In this document: one piece after another, positions 56,178-64,000 of the stretch | Layout of the letters: each line of letters opens with the position of its first letter | Position numbering within the stretch: the stretch's first letter is position 1 | Source of the DNA: an uncultured candidatus Brocadiaceae bacterium | GTDB taxonomy: Bacteria > Planctomycetota > Brocadiia > SM23-32 | Reading direction: 5' to 3' | NCBI GenBank assembly: GCA_964510315.1 | Contig: CAZEAP010000004.1 | Coordinates: 67,092-131,091, forward strand | DNA length: 64,000 nucleotides | Notes under the pieces: model-generated | What the model saw: only the letters and a program-made list of their open reading frames with translations | Told to the model about the DNA's origin: nothing | Database searches by the model: none | Translations under genes and position numbers: made by a program

Positions 56178-56732
56178 ATGAACCAGAATGCCGGCAAAAA
56201 CATCATCCTCGGAATCACCGGCAGCATCGCTGCCTACAAAAGCGCTTCGGCGCTGAGAGGCCTCATGGAGCGCGGCCACCAGGTGCAAGTCGCCATGACT
56301 CCCGCCGCCCAGCAGTTCGTCACCCCTACTACCTTTCGCTCACTCTCGGGGCGGCCCGTCGTCACCCGGCTTTTCGCGGATGAGGACCAGGTGGGCCTCC
56401 GCCACGTGGAGCTGGCCGAATGGGTCGACACCCTCGCCGTGGTTCCCGCCACCGCGAACTTCATGGGCAAGGTGGCCAATGGAATCGCCGATGAGATACT
56501 CAGTTGCACGTGGATGGCCTCCGACTGTCCAAAGGTAGTTGCGCCGGCCATGAACGACAGCATGTGGACGAGCCCGCCGGTCGAGCGCAACTACGAGTAC
56601 CTTCGGCTCCAGACCGGCGTCCACTTCGTCGGGCCCGTCAAGGGTACGCTGGCCAGCGGGAAAGAGGGCATGGGGCACCTGGCGGCCGTCGAGGACATCG
56701 TCGAAGTGATTCACTCCGTCTCAGTGGGGTGA
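56178..56732 (+). CDS. coaC: Phosphopantothenoylcysteine decarboxylase (stand-alone CoaC domain)
   Basis: GITGSIAAYK, HVELA, PATAN, APAMN..M, G.LA.G..G.G; ends with no CoaB domain. Confidence 0.9.
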   Translation: MNQNAGKNIILGITGSIAAYKSASALRGLMERGHQVQVAMTPAAQQFVTPTTFRSLSGRPVVTRLFADEDQVGLRHVELAEWVDTLAVVPATANFMGKVANGIADEILSCTWMASDCPKVVAPAMNDSMWTSPPVERNYEYLRLQTGVHFVGPVKGTLASGKEGMGHLAAVEDIVEVIHSVSVG

Positions 56733-56740
56733 AGCGACAC

Positions 56741-57211
56741 ATGCAGAATCCATCCCCGGCCCCGGACCTCAGGATGCTGGTCCGCCGCAAGGAGGGCTGC
56801 GAGGACCTGCCGCTGCCCCGCTACATGAGCGAAGGCGCCAGCGGCATGGACCTGCACGCCGCGGTCGATGAAGAACTCCTCATCCCCCCGGGCCGGGTGG
56901 AGCTGATACCTACCGGCATCCACATCGCGCTGCCCGTCGGCTATGAGGCGCAGGTGCGCCCCCGGAGCGGGCTGACGCTCAAACGCAGGGTCACCGTCCT
57001 GAACAGCCCGGGGACGGTGGACAGCGACTATCGGGCCGAGGTCGGAGTGATACTGGCCAATTTGGGAGAGGAGCCCTTCACGGTGAAGCGCGGCATGCGC
57101 ATCGCCCAGATGGTCATCGCCCGCACCTGCCGCGCCGAGGTCATCGAGGTGGACCAATTAGACGAGACCGAGCGCAACCTCGGCGGCTTCGGCTCCACGG
57201 GCCTCCATTGA
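56741..57211 (+). CDS. dut: dUTP diphosphatase
   Basis: GASGMDL, RPRSGL, NSPGTVDSDYR, RIAQ, RNLGGFGSTG. Confidence 0.98.
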   Translation: MQNPSPAPDLRMLVRRKEGCEDLPLPRYMSEGASGMDLHAAVDEELLIPPGRVELIPTGIHIALPVGYEAQVRPRSGLTLKRRVTVLNSPGTVDSDYRAEVGVILANLGEEPFTVKRGMRIAQMVIARTCRAEVIEVDQLDETERNLGGFGSTGLH

Positions 57212-57415
57212 CGGAGCAATAAGGGGCTGTTGCAGAACCCTGTTCGTGACGAGGCCGAGCGAGAAGCCCGAGGGCAAGGCGGCAGGGCCAAAACCCCCGG
57301 AGGACAAGGGGCACAGATGGACTCGGAGGGGGGAAGCCGGCCTTATCCCCGGTTGCCGCACTTGCGCCTCTATCGGCGGCGGGGCAGGAGAATCCCGCCG
57401 GTTCCGTGTGGCCGT

Positions 57416-58723
57416 TCAGTCTTGCTGGCGTTTGTCGATGACGCGGACGGCCTTTCCCTCGTAGCGGGGGAGGGAACCCGGCTCGACAAGAGTTATCTCG
57501 GTGCTGAGGCCGAGCGCCTCGCTGAGACCTTCCTGGATCTCCTGCTCCCGCCGTCGGAGGGTCTTCATCTCGTCGGAGAGCATCTGTTCGGTGACCTCGA
57601 TCTTCACCTCCAGGGTGTCCAGCGCGCCCTCACGGTCCACGATGATCTGGTAGTTGGGCGTGGTGTCGTCCATCTCCAGGAACGCATGCTCAATCTGGGT
57701 GGGGAAGATGTTGACGCCGCGGATGATCAGCATGTCGTCGGTGCGCCCGGTGACCCGCGCCATGCGCCGGGAGGTGCGTCCGCAGGGGCAGGGCTCCTCG
57801 ATCAGGCGGGTGATGTCCCGCGTCCGATAGCGGAGGGCCGGCTGGGCCTCGCGCGTAAGGTTGGTGATGACCAGTTCCCCCTCCTCACCGGGCGGCAGCA
57901 CCTCGCCGGTGTCCGGATCGATGATCTCCGCCAGGAAGTGGTCCTCGAAGATGTGCAGCCCCTCCCGCTGGCGGCATTCGCCGCTGACGCCGGGACCGAT
58001 CAGCTCGCTGAGGCCGTAGTTGTCGTAGCCGGCCAGCCCGTAGGTCTGTTCCATCTGACGGCGCATGCGGTCCGACCAGGGCTCGGCGCCGAAGCAGCCC
58101 ACCCGGAGGCTGGTGTCCTCCCGGAGGTCGATGCCCATCTTCTCGGCCGTCTCGCAGAGGTAGAAGGCGTAGGAGGGGGTGCAGACGATGTGGGTGGTGC
58201 CGAGGTCCTGGATGAGCCGCAGGTGGCGGCGGGTGTTGCCGGCGGCGGCGGGGATGACCTGGGCGCCGATGCGCTCGATGCCGTAGTGCAGGCCGAAACC
58301 ACCGGTGAACAGCCCGTAGCCGAAGGCCACCTGCACGACCGATTCCGGCCGAACCCCGGCCATGGTGAGGAAGCGGGCCACCAGGTCCGCCCACGTCTCC
58401 AGGTCGCGACGGGTGTAGGCGACCACGGTGGGCTGCCCTGTGGTGCCGGAGGAGGCGTGGATGCGCACCACCTCCCGGTGGGGCACGGCCAGGAGCCCGT
58501 AGGGATAGTTCGCCCGGAAGTCGTCCTTCTCGGTCAGGGGCAGCCGGCGGACGTCCTCCAGTGAGCCGATGTCGTCGGGCTCGACGCCGGCCTCCTCGAG
58601 CCTCTCCCGGTAGAAGGGTATGTGCGCGCGGGCCCTGCGGAGGGTGTTGCGCAGGCGTTCGAGCTGGAGTTCGCGCAGCTCCGCGCGGGGCATCGATTCG
58701 TACAGGGGGTCCCACATATCCAT
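57416..58723 (-). CDS. paaK: Phenylacetate-CoA ligase family, copy 2
   Basis: [39 protein letters not shown]. Confidence 0.93.
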   Translation of the reverse strand: MDMWDPLYESMPRAELRELQLERLRNTLRRARAHIPFYRERLEEAGVEPDDIGSLEDVRRLPLTEKDDFRANYPYGLLAVPHREVVRIHASSGTTGQPTVVAYTRRDLETWADLVARFLTMAGVRPESVVQVAFGYGLFTGGFGLHYGIERIGAQVIPAAAGNTRRHLRLIQDLGTTHIVCTPSYAFYLCETAEKMGIDLREDTSLRVGCFGAEPWSDRMRRQMEQTYGLAGYDNYGLSELIGPGVSGECRQREGLHIFEDHFLAEIIDPDTGEVLPPGEEGELVITNLTREAQPALRYRTRDITRLIEEPCPCGRTSRRMARVTGRTDDMLIIRGVNIFPTQIEHAFLEMDDTTPNYQIIVDREGALDTLEVKIEVTEQMLSDEMKTLRRREQEIQEGLSEALGLSTEITLVEPGSLPRYEGKAVRVIDKRQQD

Positions 58724-58738
58724 GTCGCTGCTCCGACT

Positions 58739-59170
58739 CTACTCGCCGAGGACGTCGACCTTCGCCATGACGCTGAAGCCGGCTTCGTCGAGGGACTCGA
58801 CGGCGGCGTCGTTCTCCTCGAAGCGGAAGATGAGGGCCGCCCGGCCGGTGCGAACCGAGGAGAAGGCGTACATGTATTCGACGTTGATCTCGTCCTCCTC
58901 CAGTGCCTGGAGGATGTTGTCGAGCCCGCCGGGTTTGTCCTCCACCTCGACGGCGAGGACGTCGTTGGTTATGACGGTGAAACCGGCGGCCTTCAGGGCG
59001 TCGCGGCCGGCTTCGGGATCGTTGACGATCAGCCGGAGGATGCCGAAGTCGGCGGTGTCGGCCAGGCTGAGGGCCAGGATGTTGATGTCCATTTCGGCCA
59101 GCGCGCTGGTGGCGGCGGCCAGGCGACCGGCCCGGTTCTCCATAAAGATGCTGATCTGCTGGACGAACAT
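58739..59170 (-). CDS. Tandem ACT-domain protein
   Basis: QISIFMEN..GRL, D.PGGL..IL, INVEYMYAF; typical paaK neighbour. Confidence 0.92.
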   Translation of the reverse strand: MFVQQISIFMENRAGRLAAATSALAEMDINILALSLADTADFGILRLIVNDPEAGRDALKAAGFTVITNDVLAVEVEDKPGGLDNILQALEEDEINVEYMYAFSSVRTGRAALIFRFEENDAAVESLDEAGFSVMAKVDVLGE

Positions 59171-59181
59171 TTTCGGACCTC

Positions 59182-60483
59182 CTACTGACTTTCCCTCTGG
59201 TCGATTACGCGTTTGGCCTTGCCGAGGCTTCGCTCGATGCTGCCGGGCTCCATCAGGCGCACGTGCACGCGCAGCCCGAGGACGTTTTCGATCTTGGTGC
59301 GCACCTGCCGCTCGAACTCCTCCATCTCCCTGACCTTGTCGGAGAAGAAGTCCTCCTCCACCTCGACGCGGACCTCCATGTCGTCCATCGCGCCGGTGCG
59401 GTCAACCACGAGCTGGTAGTGCGGCTCGGTGCCCTCGATGCCCAGCAGTATGGACTCGATCTGGCTGGGGAAGACGTTGACACCGCGGATGATCAACATG
59501 TCGTCGCTCCGCCCGGTGACCCGGTCCATGCGGCAGGTCGTCCGCCCGCAGGAGCACGGCTCGTAGCGGAGCCGCGTGAGGTCGCGTGTGCGGAAGCGGA
59601 CCACGGGCATGCCCTTTTTGGTGATTGTGGTGAAGACCAGCTCGCCCTCCACGCCGGGCTCGACGGGCTCGAGGGTCTCCGGGTCGATGATCTCCGGCAG
59701 GAAGTGGTCCTCGAAGATGTGTAGGCCGTCCTGGGCCTCGCACTCGCTGGAGACGCCGGGGCCGATGATCTCGGTGAGGCCGTAGATGTCGTATGCCTTC
59801 ACGCCGAGGCGGTCCTCAATCTCCAGGCGCATCTGGTCGGTCCACGGCTCGGCCCCGAATATGCCGACGCGCAGGTCGGTCTCGTTCAGGTCCACTCCCA
59901 TCTGGTCGGCGACCTCCAGCAGGTACATGGCGTAGCTGGGGGTGCCCATCCAGACGGTGACGCCGAAGTCGTCGATGAGGGTGACCTGCCGCTCAGTGTT
60001 GCCGCCGGAGATGGGGATGACCGTGGCGCCCAACCGTTCCAGGCCGTAGTGGGCGCCGAGCCCGCCGGTGAACAGCCCGTAGCCCCAGGCCACCTGGCAG
60101 ACGTCCTGCGGGGTGACCCCGATCAGGTGGAAGGTCCGAGCCATCACCTCGCTCCACAGGTCGATGTCGTCCTCGGTGTAGCCGGCGACGATGGGTTTGC
60201 CGGTGGTGCCGCTGGAGCAGTGAGTGCGCACGATCTGCTCCAGCGGTCGGGCGAACAGCTCGAAAGGGTAGTTGTCGCGGAGGTCGTTTTTGACCGTGAA
60301 GGGCAGCTTGCGGATGTCCTCGAGGCGCACCAGGTCCTCTTCGGTGACCTCCTTTTCCCTGAACGCCTCGGCGTAGAACGGCACGTTCTCACGGGCGTAC
60401 TTCACCGTCCGGCGCAGCCGCTCAAGCTGGAGTTCCTCCAGCTCCTCGCGGGGCATATAGTCCTTGTCCCAAAGTTCCTGCAT
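59182..60483 (-). CDS. paaK: Phenylacetate-CoA ligase family, copy 1
   Basis: [39 protein letters not shown]. Confidence 0.93.
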   Translation of the reverse strand: MQELWDKDYMPREELEELQLERLRRTVKYARENVPFYAEAFREKEVTEEDLVRLEDIRKLPFTVKNDLRDNYPFELFARPLEQIVRTHCSSGTTGKPIVAGYTEDDIDLWSEVMARTFHLIGVTPQDVCQVAWGYGLFTGGLGAHYGLERLGATVIPISGGNTERQVTLIDDFGVTVWMGTPSYAMYLLEVADQMGVDLNETDLRVGIFGAEPWTDQMRLEIEDRLGVKAYDIYGLTEIIGPGVSSECEAQDGLHIFEDHFLPEIIDPETLEPVEPGVEGELVFTTITKKGMPVVRFRTRDLTRLRYEPCSCGRTTCRMDRVTGRSDDMLIIRGVNVFPSQIESILLGIEGTEPHYQLVVDRTGAMDDMEVRVEVEEDFFSDKVREMEEFERQVRTKIENVLGLRVHVRLMEPGSIERSLGKAKRVIDQRESQ

Positions 60484-60499
60484 GTCCTCCTCCTGCAGC

Positions 60500-60976
60500 T
60501 CAGTCCTCGAAACGGCGTCCCGCCTCGAAGGCGGCGATATTGGCTTCGATGGTCCCTTCCGGCAGACAGTCGGCGATGGCGCGGCGCCAGTGCTCCGGCT
60601 CGATGTCCAGCCGCATGGCCAGTCGGCCGAGGGCGGCCATGTTCCGGGAGCGGGCCAGTTCCAGTTGCCCGGCCAGCGCGGGTGGCACGTCGATGAGGAC
60701 GCCTCCGTCGCACAGCCGCGGCGCCGCGCGCCGCCCCTCCCCTTCCTCCAGGGCGATGATGAAATCCGCCCCGTAGTGCGGGGAAAGGGGCGAGTGCACC
60801 TTCGGCCCGAAGCGCACCTGGCTGACGACGCTGCCGCCGCGCTGCGACATGCCGTGAACCTCGCTCTGTTTCACGTCGTGGCCGGCGCGCAGAAGCGTCT
60901 CACCCAGCACCTGGCTGGTCTTCAGCACGCCCTGCCCGCCGACGCCCACTATCAGGACATTCGTCGTCTCGCTCAA
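60500..60976 (-). CDS. iorB: Indolepyruvate:ferredoxin oxidoreductase beta subunit (short)
   Basis: [19 protein letters not shown]; TTG start overlapping iorA stop. Confidence 0.9.
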   Translation of the reverse strand: MSETTNVLIVGVGGQGVLKTSQVLGETLLRAGHDVKQSEVHGMSQRGGSVVSQVRFGPKVHSPLSPHYGADFIIALEEGEGRRAAPRLCDGGVLIDVPPALAGQLELARSRNMAALGRLAMRLDIEPEHWRRAIADCLPEGTIEANIAAFEAGRRFED

Positions 60977-62754
60977 CTGACTTCCTCCGTCGGCTCCACG
61001 GCGTCGAACCTGCACACCTCGAAACAAAGGCCGCAGCCGGAGCAGTAGACCTGGTCGATCTCCACGTGCCCCTCCGCCTGCCGCAGCGCCGGGCAGCCGG
61101 TGCGCAGGCAGGCGCCGCACTCGGTGCACCTCTCCGGGTCTATCCGGTAGGGGGCGCTCCTGGCCTCCCGGTTCAGCACCAGGCAGGGCCGCCGGCAGAT
61201 GATCACGCTGAACTCATCGCGCTCGATGCTGTCGCGCAGGCCCTCCTCCAGACCCTCCCGGTCCCAGGAGTCGATGCTCTTGACGTCTTCGACCCCGAGG
61301 CCGCGGCAGACCTCGGCCGGGTTGACCACCGGGGCCGGCTCTCCGTCCAGCCGCATCCCCGTGCCGGGATGGGCCTGGCCGCCGGTCATGGCGGTGGTGC
61401 GGTTGTCGAGTATCAGCAGCGTGCCGCGCGAGCCGTTGTAGACGGCGTCCACCACGCCGGTCAGCCCGGAGTGGAAGAAGGTGCTGTCGCCGATGACGGC
61501 CACCACGTCGCGTGCCTGCTCCGGCGGCACCACCCTCTCGATGCCGAGCGCGTTGCCGATGCTGGCGCCCATGCAGACGCAGGTGTCCAGGTTCGAGAGG
61601 GGCGGCAGCGCGCCGAGAGTGTAGCAGCCGATGTCGCCGGTGGCAAGCAGCTTCAGCTTCTTCAGCACGTGGAAAACGCTCCGGTGCCCGCAGCCCGGGC
61701 ACAGCACGGGGGGCCGGGGCGCGGGAGCGTCTTCGGGCGCTTCCGGCGGGGTGTAGCGCTCCCCGGAGATGATGCAGCGGACGCGGTCGGGGTTCAACTC
61801 GCCCAGGCGGAACTCCGCCTGCTTGCCCCGGGCGCGGATGCCGGCGGAGCGCAGATTGTTCAGCATGAAGTCGGTCAGCTCCTCGACCACCAGCAGGTCC
61901 TCCACCTGCCGGCCGAACTCCCGGATGGCCTCCAGCGGCAGCGGCCAGCACATGCCCACCTTGAAGACGGGGACCTCGGGGGCTGCCTCGCGGACGTACT
62001 GGTAGGCGATGCCGGCGGCGACGATGCCCAGCGGGGCGCCTTCCGCCTCGCCGACCGTTCGGTTCAGGTCGGTCCCTTCGGAGAAATCCCGCAGTTCGGC
62101 GAGTTTCTCCTCCAGCGCGGCGTGGCGCTTCCGGGCGTTGGCGGGCACCATGACGAACCGCTGGATGTCCCGCTCGAAGGCGTACTCGCGGCTGAAGTCC
62201 TCCGGTTCTCGGGGGATGACCACGCCCTTGCTGTGGCAGATGCGCGTGGTGAGCCGGAGCAGCACGATGGACTCGAACCGCTCGCTGAGCCGGAAAGCCC
62301 GGCGGGCGAACTCATAGGCCTCCTGGCTGGAGGAGGGCTCGAGCATCGGCAGCCCGGAGAAGCGGGCGTAGTGGCGGTTGTCCTGCTCGTTCTGGGAGGA
62401 GTACATCCCGGGGTCGTCGGCCGTCACCAGCACCAGTCCGCCCTTCACGCCGATATATGCGCCGGTCATCAGGGGGTCGGCGGCGACGTTCACGCCGACG
62501 TGCTTCATCGTGGCCAGGGAGCGGGCGCCGGCGAAGGCGGAGCCGAGGGCCACCTCAAGGGCGACTTTCTCGTTGGGGGCCCACCGGGCGACCACGTCTT
62601 CCGGCTTCAACGAAGCCAGGGTCTCCAGTATCTCCGTGCTGGGCGTGCCGGGGTAGCCGGTGGCCATCTTGACCCCGGAGTGGATGGCGGCGGTCGCCAC
62701 CGCCTCGTTGCCGGACAGCAGTTGCCGGGTGGAAGTGCTGGTCTGGGTGGTCAT
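60973..62754 (-). CDS. iorA: Indolepyruvate:ferredoxin oxidoreductase alpha subunit
   Basis: SGNEA, YPGTPSTE, NEKVALE, SSQNEQD, PVLCPGC, GDIGCY, GDSTF.H, C-terminal 2x[4Fe-4S]. Confidence 0.96.
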   Translation of the reverse strand: MTTQTSTSTRQLLSGNEAVATAAIHSGVKMATGYPGTPSTEILETLASLKPEDVVARWAPNEKVALEVALGSAFAGARSLATMKHVGVNVAADPLMTGAYIGVKGGLVLVTADDPGMYSSQNEQDNRHYARFSGLPMLEPSSSQEAYEFARRAFRLSERFESIVLLRLTTRICHSKGVVIPREPEDFSREYAFERDIQRFVMVPANARKRHAALEEKLAELRDFSEGTDLNRTVGEAEGAPLGIVAAGIAYQYVREAAPEVPVFKVGMCWPLPLEAIREFGRQVEDLLVVEELTDFMLNNLRSAGIRARGKQAEFRLGELNPDRVRCIISGERYTPPEAPEDAPAPRPPVLCPGCGHRSVFHVLKKLKLLATGDIGCYTLGALPPLSNLDTCVCMGASIGNALGIERVVPPEQARDVVAVIGDSTFFHSGLTGVVDAVYNGSRGTLLILDNRTTAMTGGQAHPGTGMRLDGEPAPVVNPAEVCRGLGVEDVKSIDSWDREGLEEGLRDSIERDEFSVIICRRPCLVLNREARSAPYRIDPERCTECGACLRTGCPALRQAEGHVEIDQVYCSGCGLCFEVCRFDAVEPTEEVS

Positions 62755-62919
62755 GGAATCCTGGGGATTCTCTCTGAAGGGGACGGTCTGGCATTCGGTG
62801 GTCCGCGACAGACGTACCGCGACCCGGTCCATTATGGCGGATTGGCGCGGCACTGCAAACGGACCGCCGGCCGGGGCGGGCCCGGCCGGCCGGTTTACCG
62901 TTTTAGGAACGGCTTCGGG

Positions 62920-64000
62920 TCAGTCGCTTTCGGGCTTGGAGCCCCCGTGGCAGTATTCCACCCATTCGGGGTCCATCGGCTGGGTCATCAGTGAGACCAC
63001 CACGGCCACCACCAGTGCGATGGGCAGGGCCACGACGATCGGGTCCACGACCGGCCAGTTGGGGGAATCGGCCAGGATGCTGGGCTTGCCGCCGGTCAAT
63101 TTCTGGACCACGCCGATGGCGCCGGCCTCCTTGGCCTTCACCAGCAGCAGCCACAAACCGCTGACGCAGAAACCTACCAACATGCTGGCGATGGCGCCGG
63201 CCCGCGTCATGCGCTTCCAGAACAGCGCACCCAGGTAGGTCGGCAGGAAGGCCGAGGCGCACAACCCGAAGAAGATGGCCGTCGCACGGGCGATGATGTA
63301 ACCGCCGCGGGCCTTGTAGCCGAAGGCGACGGCGATCACCACGCCGATGATGATGCCGACCCGGGTGACGGTAACGCTCTTGCCGCGACTGCCGGTGAGC
63401 GTTTCGTAGACGTCACGCCCTATGCTGGTTCCCAGCGTATGTAGCTGGCTGGAAAGGGTGCTCATCGCCGCGGCCAGCAGGGTCAGCAGGAAAAGCAGAC
63501 CGAACCAATCCGGGAGGGCCCGGGTAATGTAGGTCGGGATTATCTGGTCGGGGTTGCCCTTCGCGTAAACGATGCTGATGCTTCTGCCCTGAGCCACCCG
63601 GCTCTCCGGCCCGGTGCCGCCGGCGGAGGCGTCCAGGTAGGGCGTTTCCTCGTCCAGGAGGACGGGAACCATCTTCGGGTTGCCCTCCTCGTCGAAGACG
63701 TGCTCCCAGGAGCCGTCCTCGCCCTGGCGGGCCAGGTGCAGGACCATCTCCCCTTCGCCCTCGTCCAGGACCTTGGCCACCGTTCCGTTGAAGACGGGAC
63801 CGTAGCGGGCGAAGTAGGCGTTCGAGAGGCTGCCAACCGTGAAGGCCACCCCCGTCATGATGAGGATGAAGATACCGCCGACCAGCACGGCGCGGTTCAG
63901 TTCCTTCTTGCTGCGCACCGTCATGAAGCGCACCACCAGTTGCGGCAGCGCCAGCACGCCGATGCCGACTCCCAGCGTGATGGTGGAGACGACGATCCAC
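62920..64000 (-). CDS. Sodium:solute symporter family protein (5' end outside window)
   Basis: LALPQLVVRF, AAAMSTLSS, multiple TMs, G.FWKR.T..GA. Confidence 0.92.
   Translation of the reverse strand, partial: WIVVSTITLGVGIGVLALPQLVVRFMTVRSKKELNRAVLVGGIFILIMTGVAFTVGSLSNAYFARYGPVFNGTVAKVLDEGEGEMVLHLARQGEDGSWEHVFDEEGNPKMVPVLLDEETPYLDASAGGTGPESRVAQGRSISIVYAKGNPDQIIPTYITRALPDWFGLLFLLTLLAAAMSTLSSQLHTLGTSIGRDVYETLTGSRGKSVTVTRVGIIIGVVIAVAFGYKARGGYIIARATAIFFGLCASAFLPTYLGALFWKRMTRAGAIASMLVGFCVSGLWLLLVKAKEAGAIGVVQKLTGGKPSILADSPNWPVVDPIVVALPIALVVAVVVSLMTQPMDPEWVEYCHGGSKPESD

Overview
High-GC bacterial chromosome segment with no rRNA or tRNA that I could recognise. The lineage is probably an anaerobic, carbohydrate-degrading Planctomycetota/PVC organism; this is inference from gene content, not a database result. 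Most of the window is housekeeping: pgk-rpe-accD, cinA, rsmA, truA, a proS-like gene with ndk, hslVU, tig-clpP-clpX, pheA-tpiA-secG-yicC-gmk-rpoZ-coaC-dut, and iorAB-paaK-ACT-paaK with a sodium:solute symporter. A catabolic block (about 29-39.6 kb) holds a sulfatase, an uncharacterised glycyl radical enzyme and three oxidoreductases. An accessory island (about 39.7-49.2 kb) begins with a relic type I-E-like CRISPR repeat and carries a type III R-M system with an MNT-HEPN pair between mod and res. It ends in a 2.3-kb repeat structure: one orphan gene bracketed by direct repeats built from a 69-bp block, nested-hairpin REP/REPIN-like cassettes and two 22-unit heptamer arrays. No transposase or integrase is visible there. 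Other oddities are a 331-aa ProRS with motif 2 joined almost directly to motif 3, a fused E1 alpha-beta with no E2/E3 nearby, and an IS256 remnant. Family names come from motif recognition only; no searches were run.
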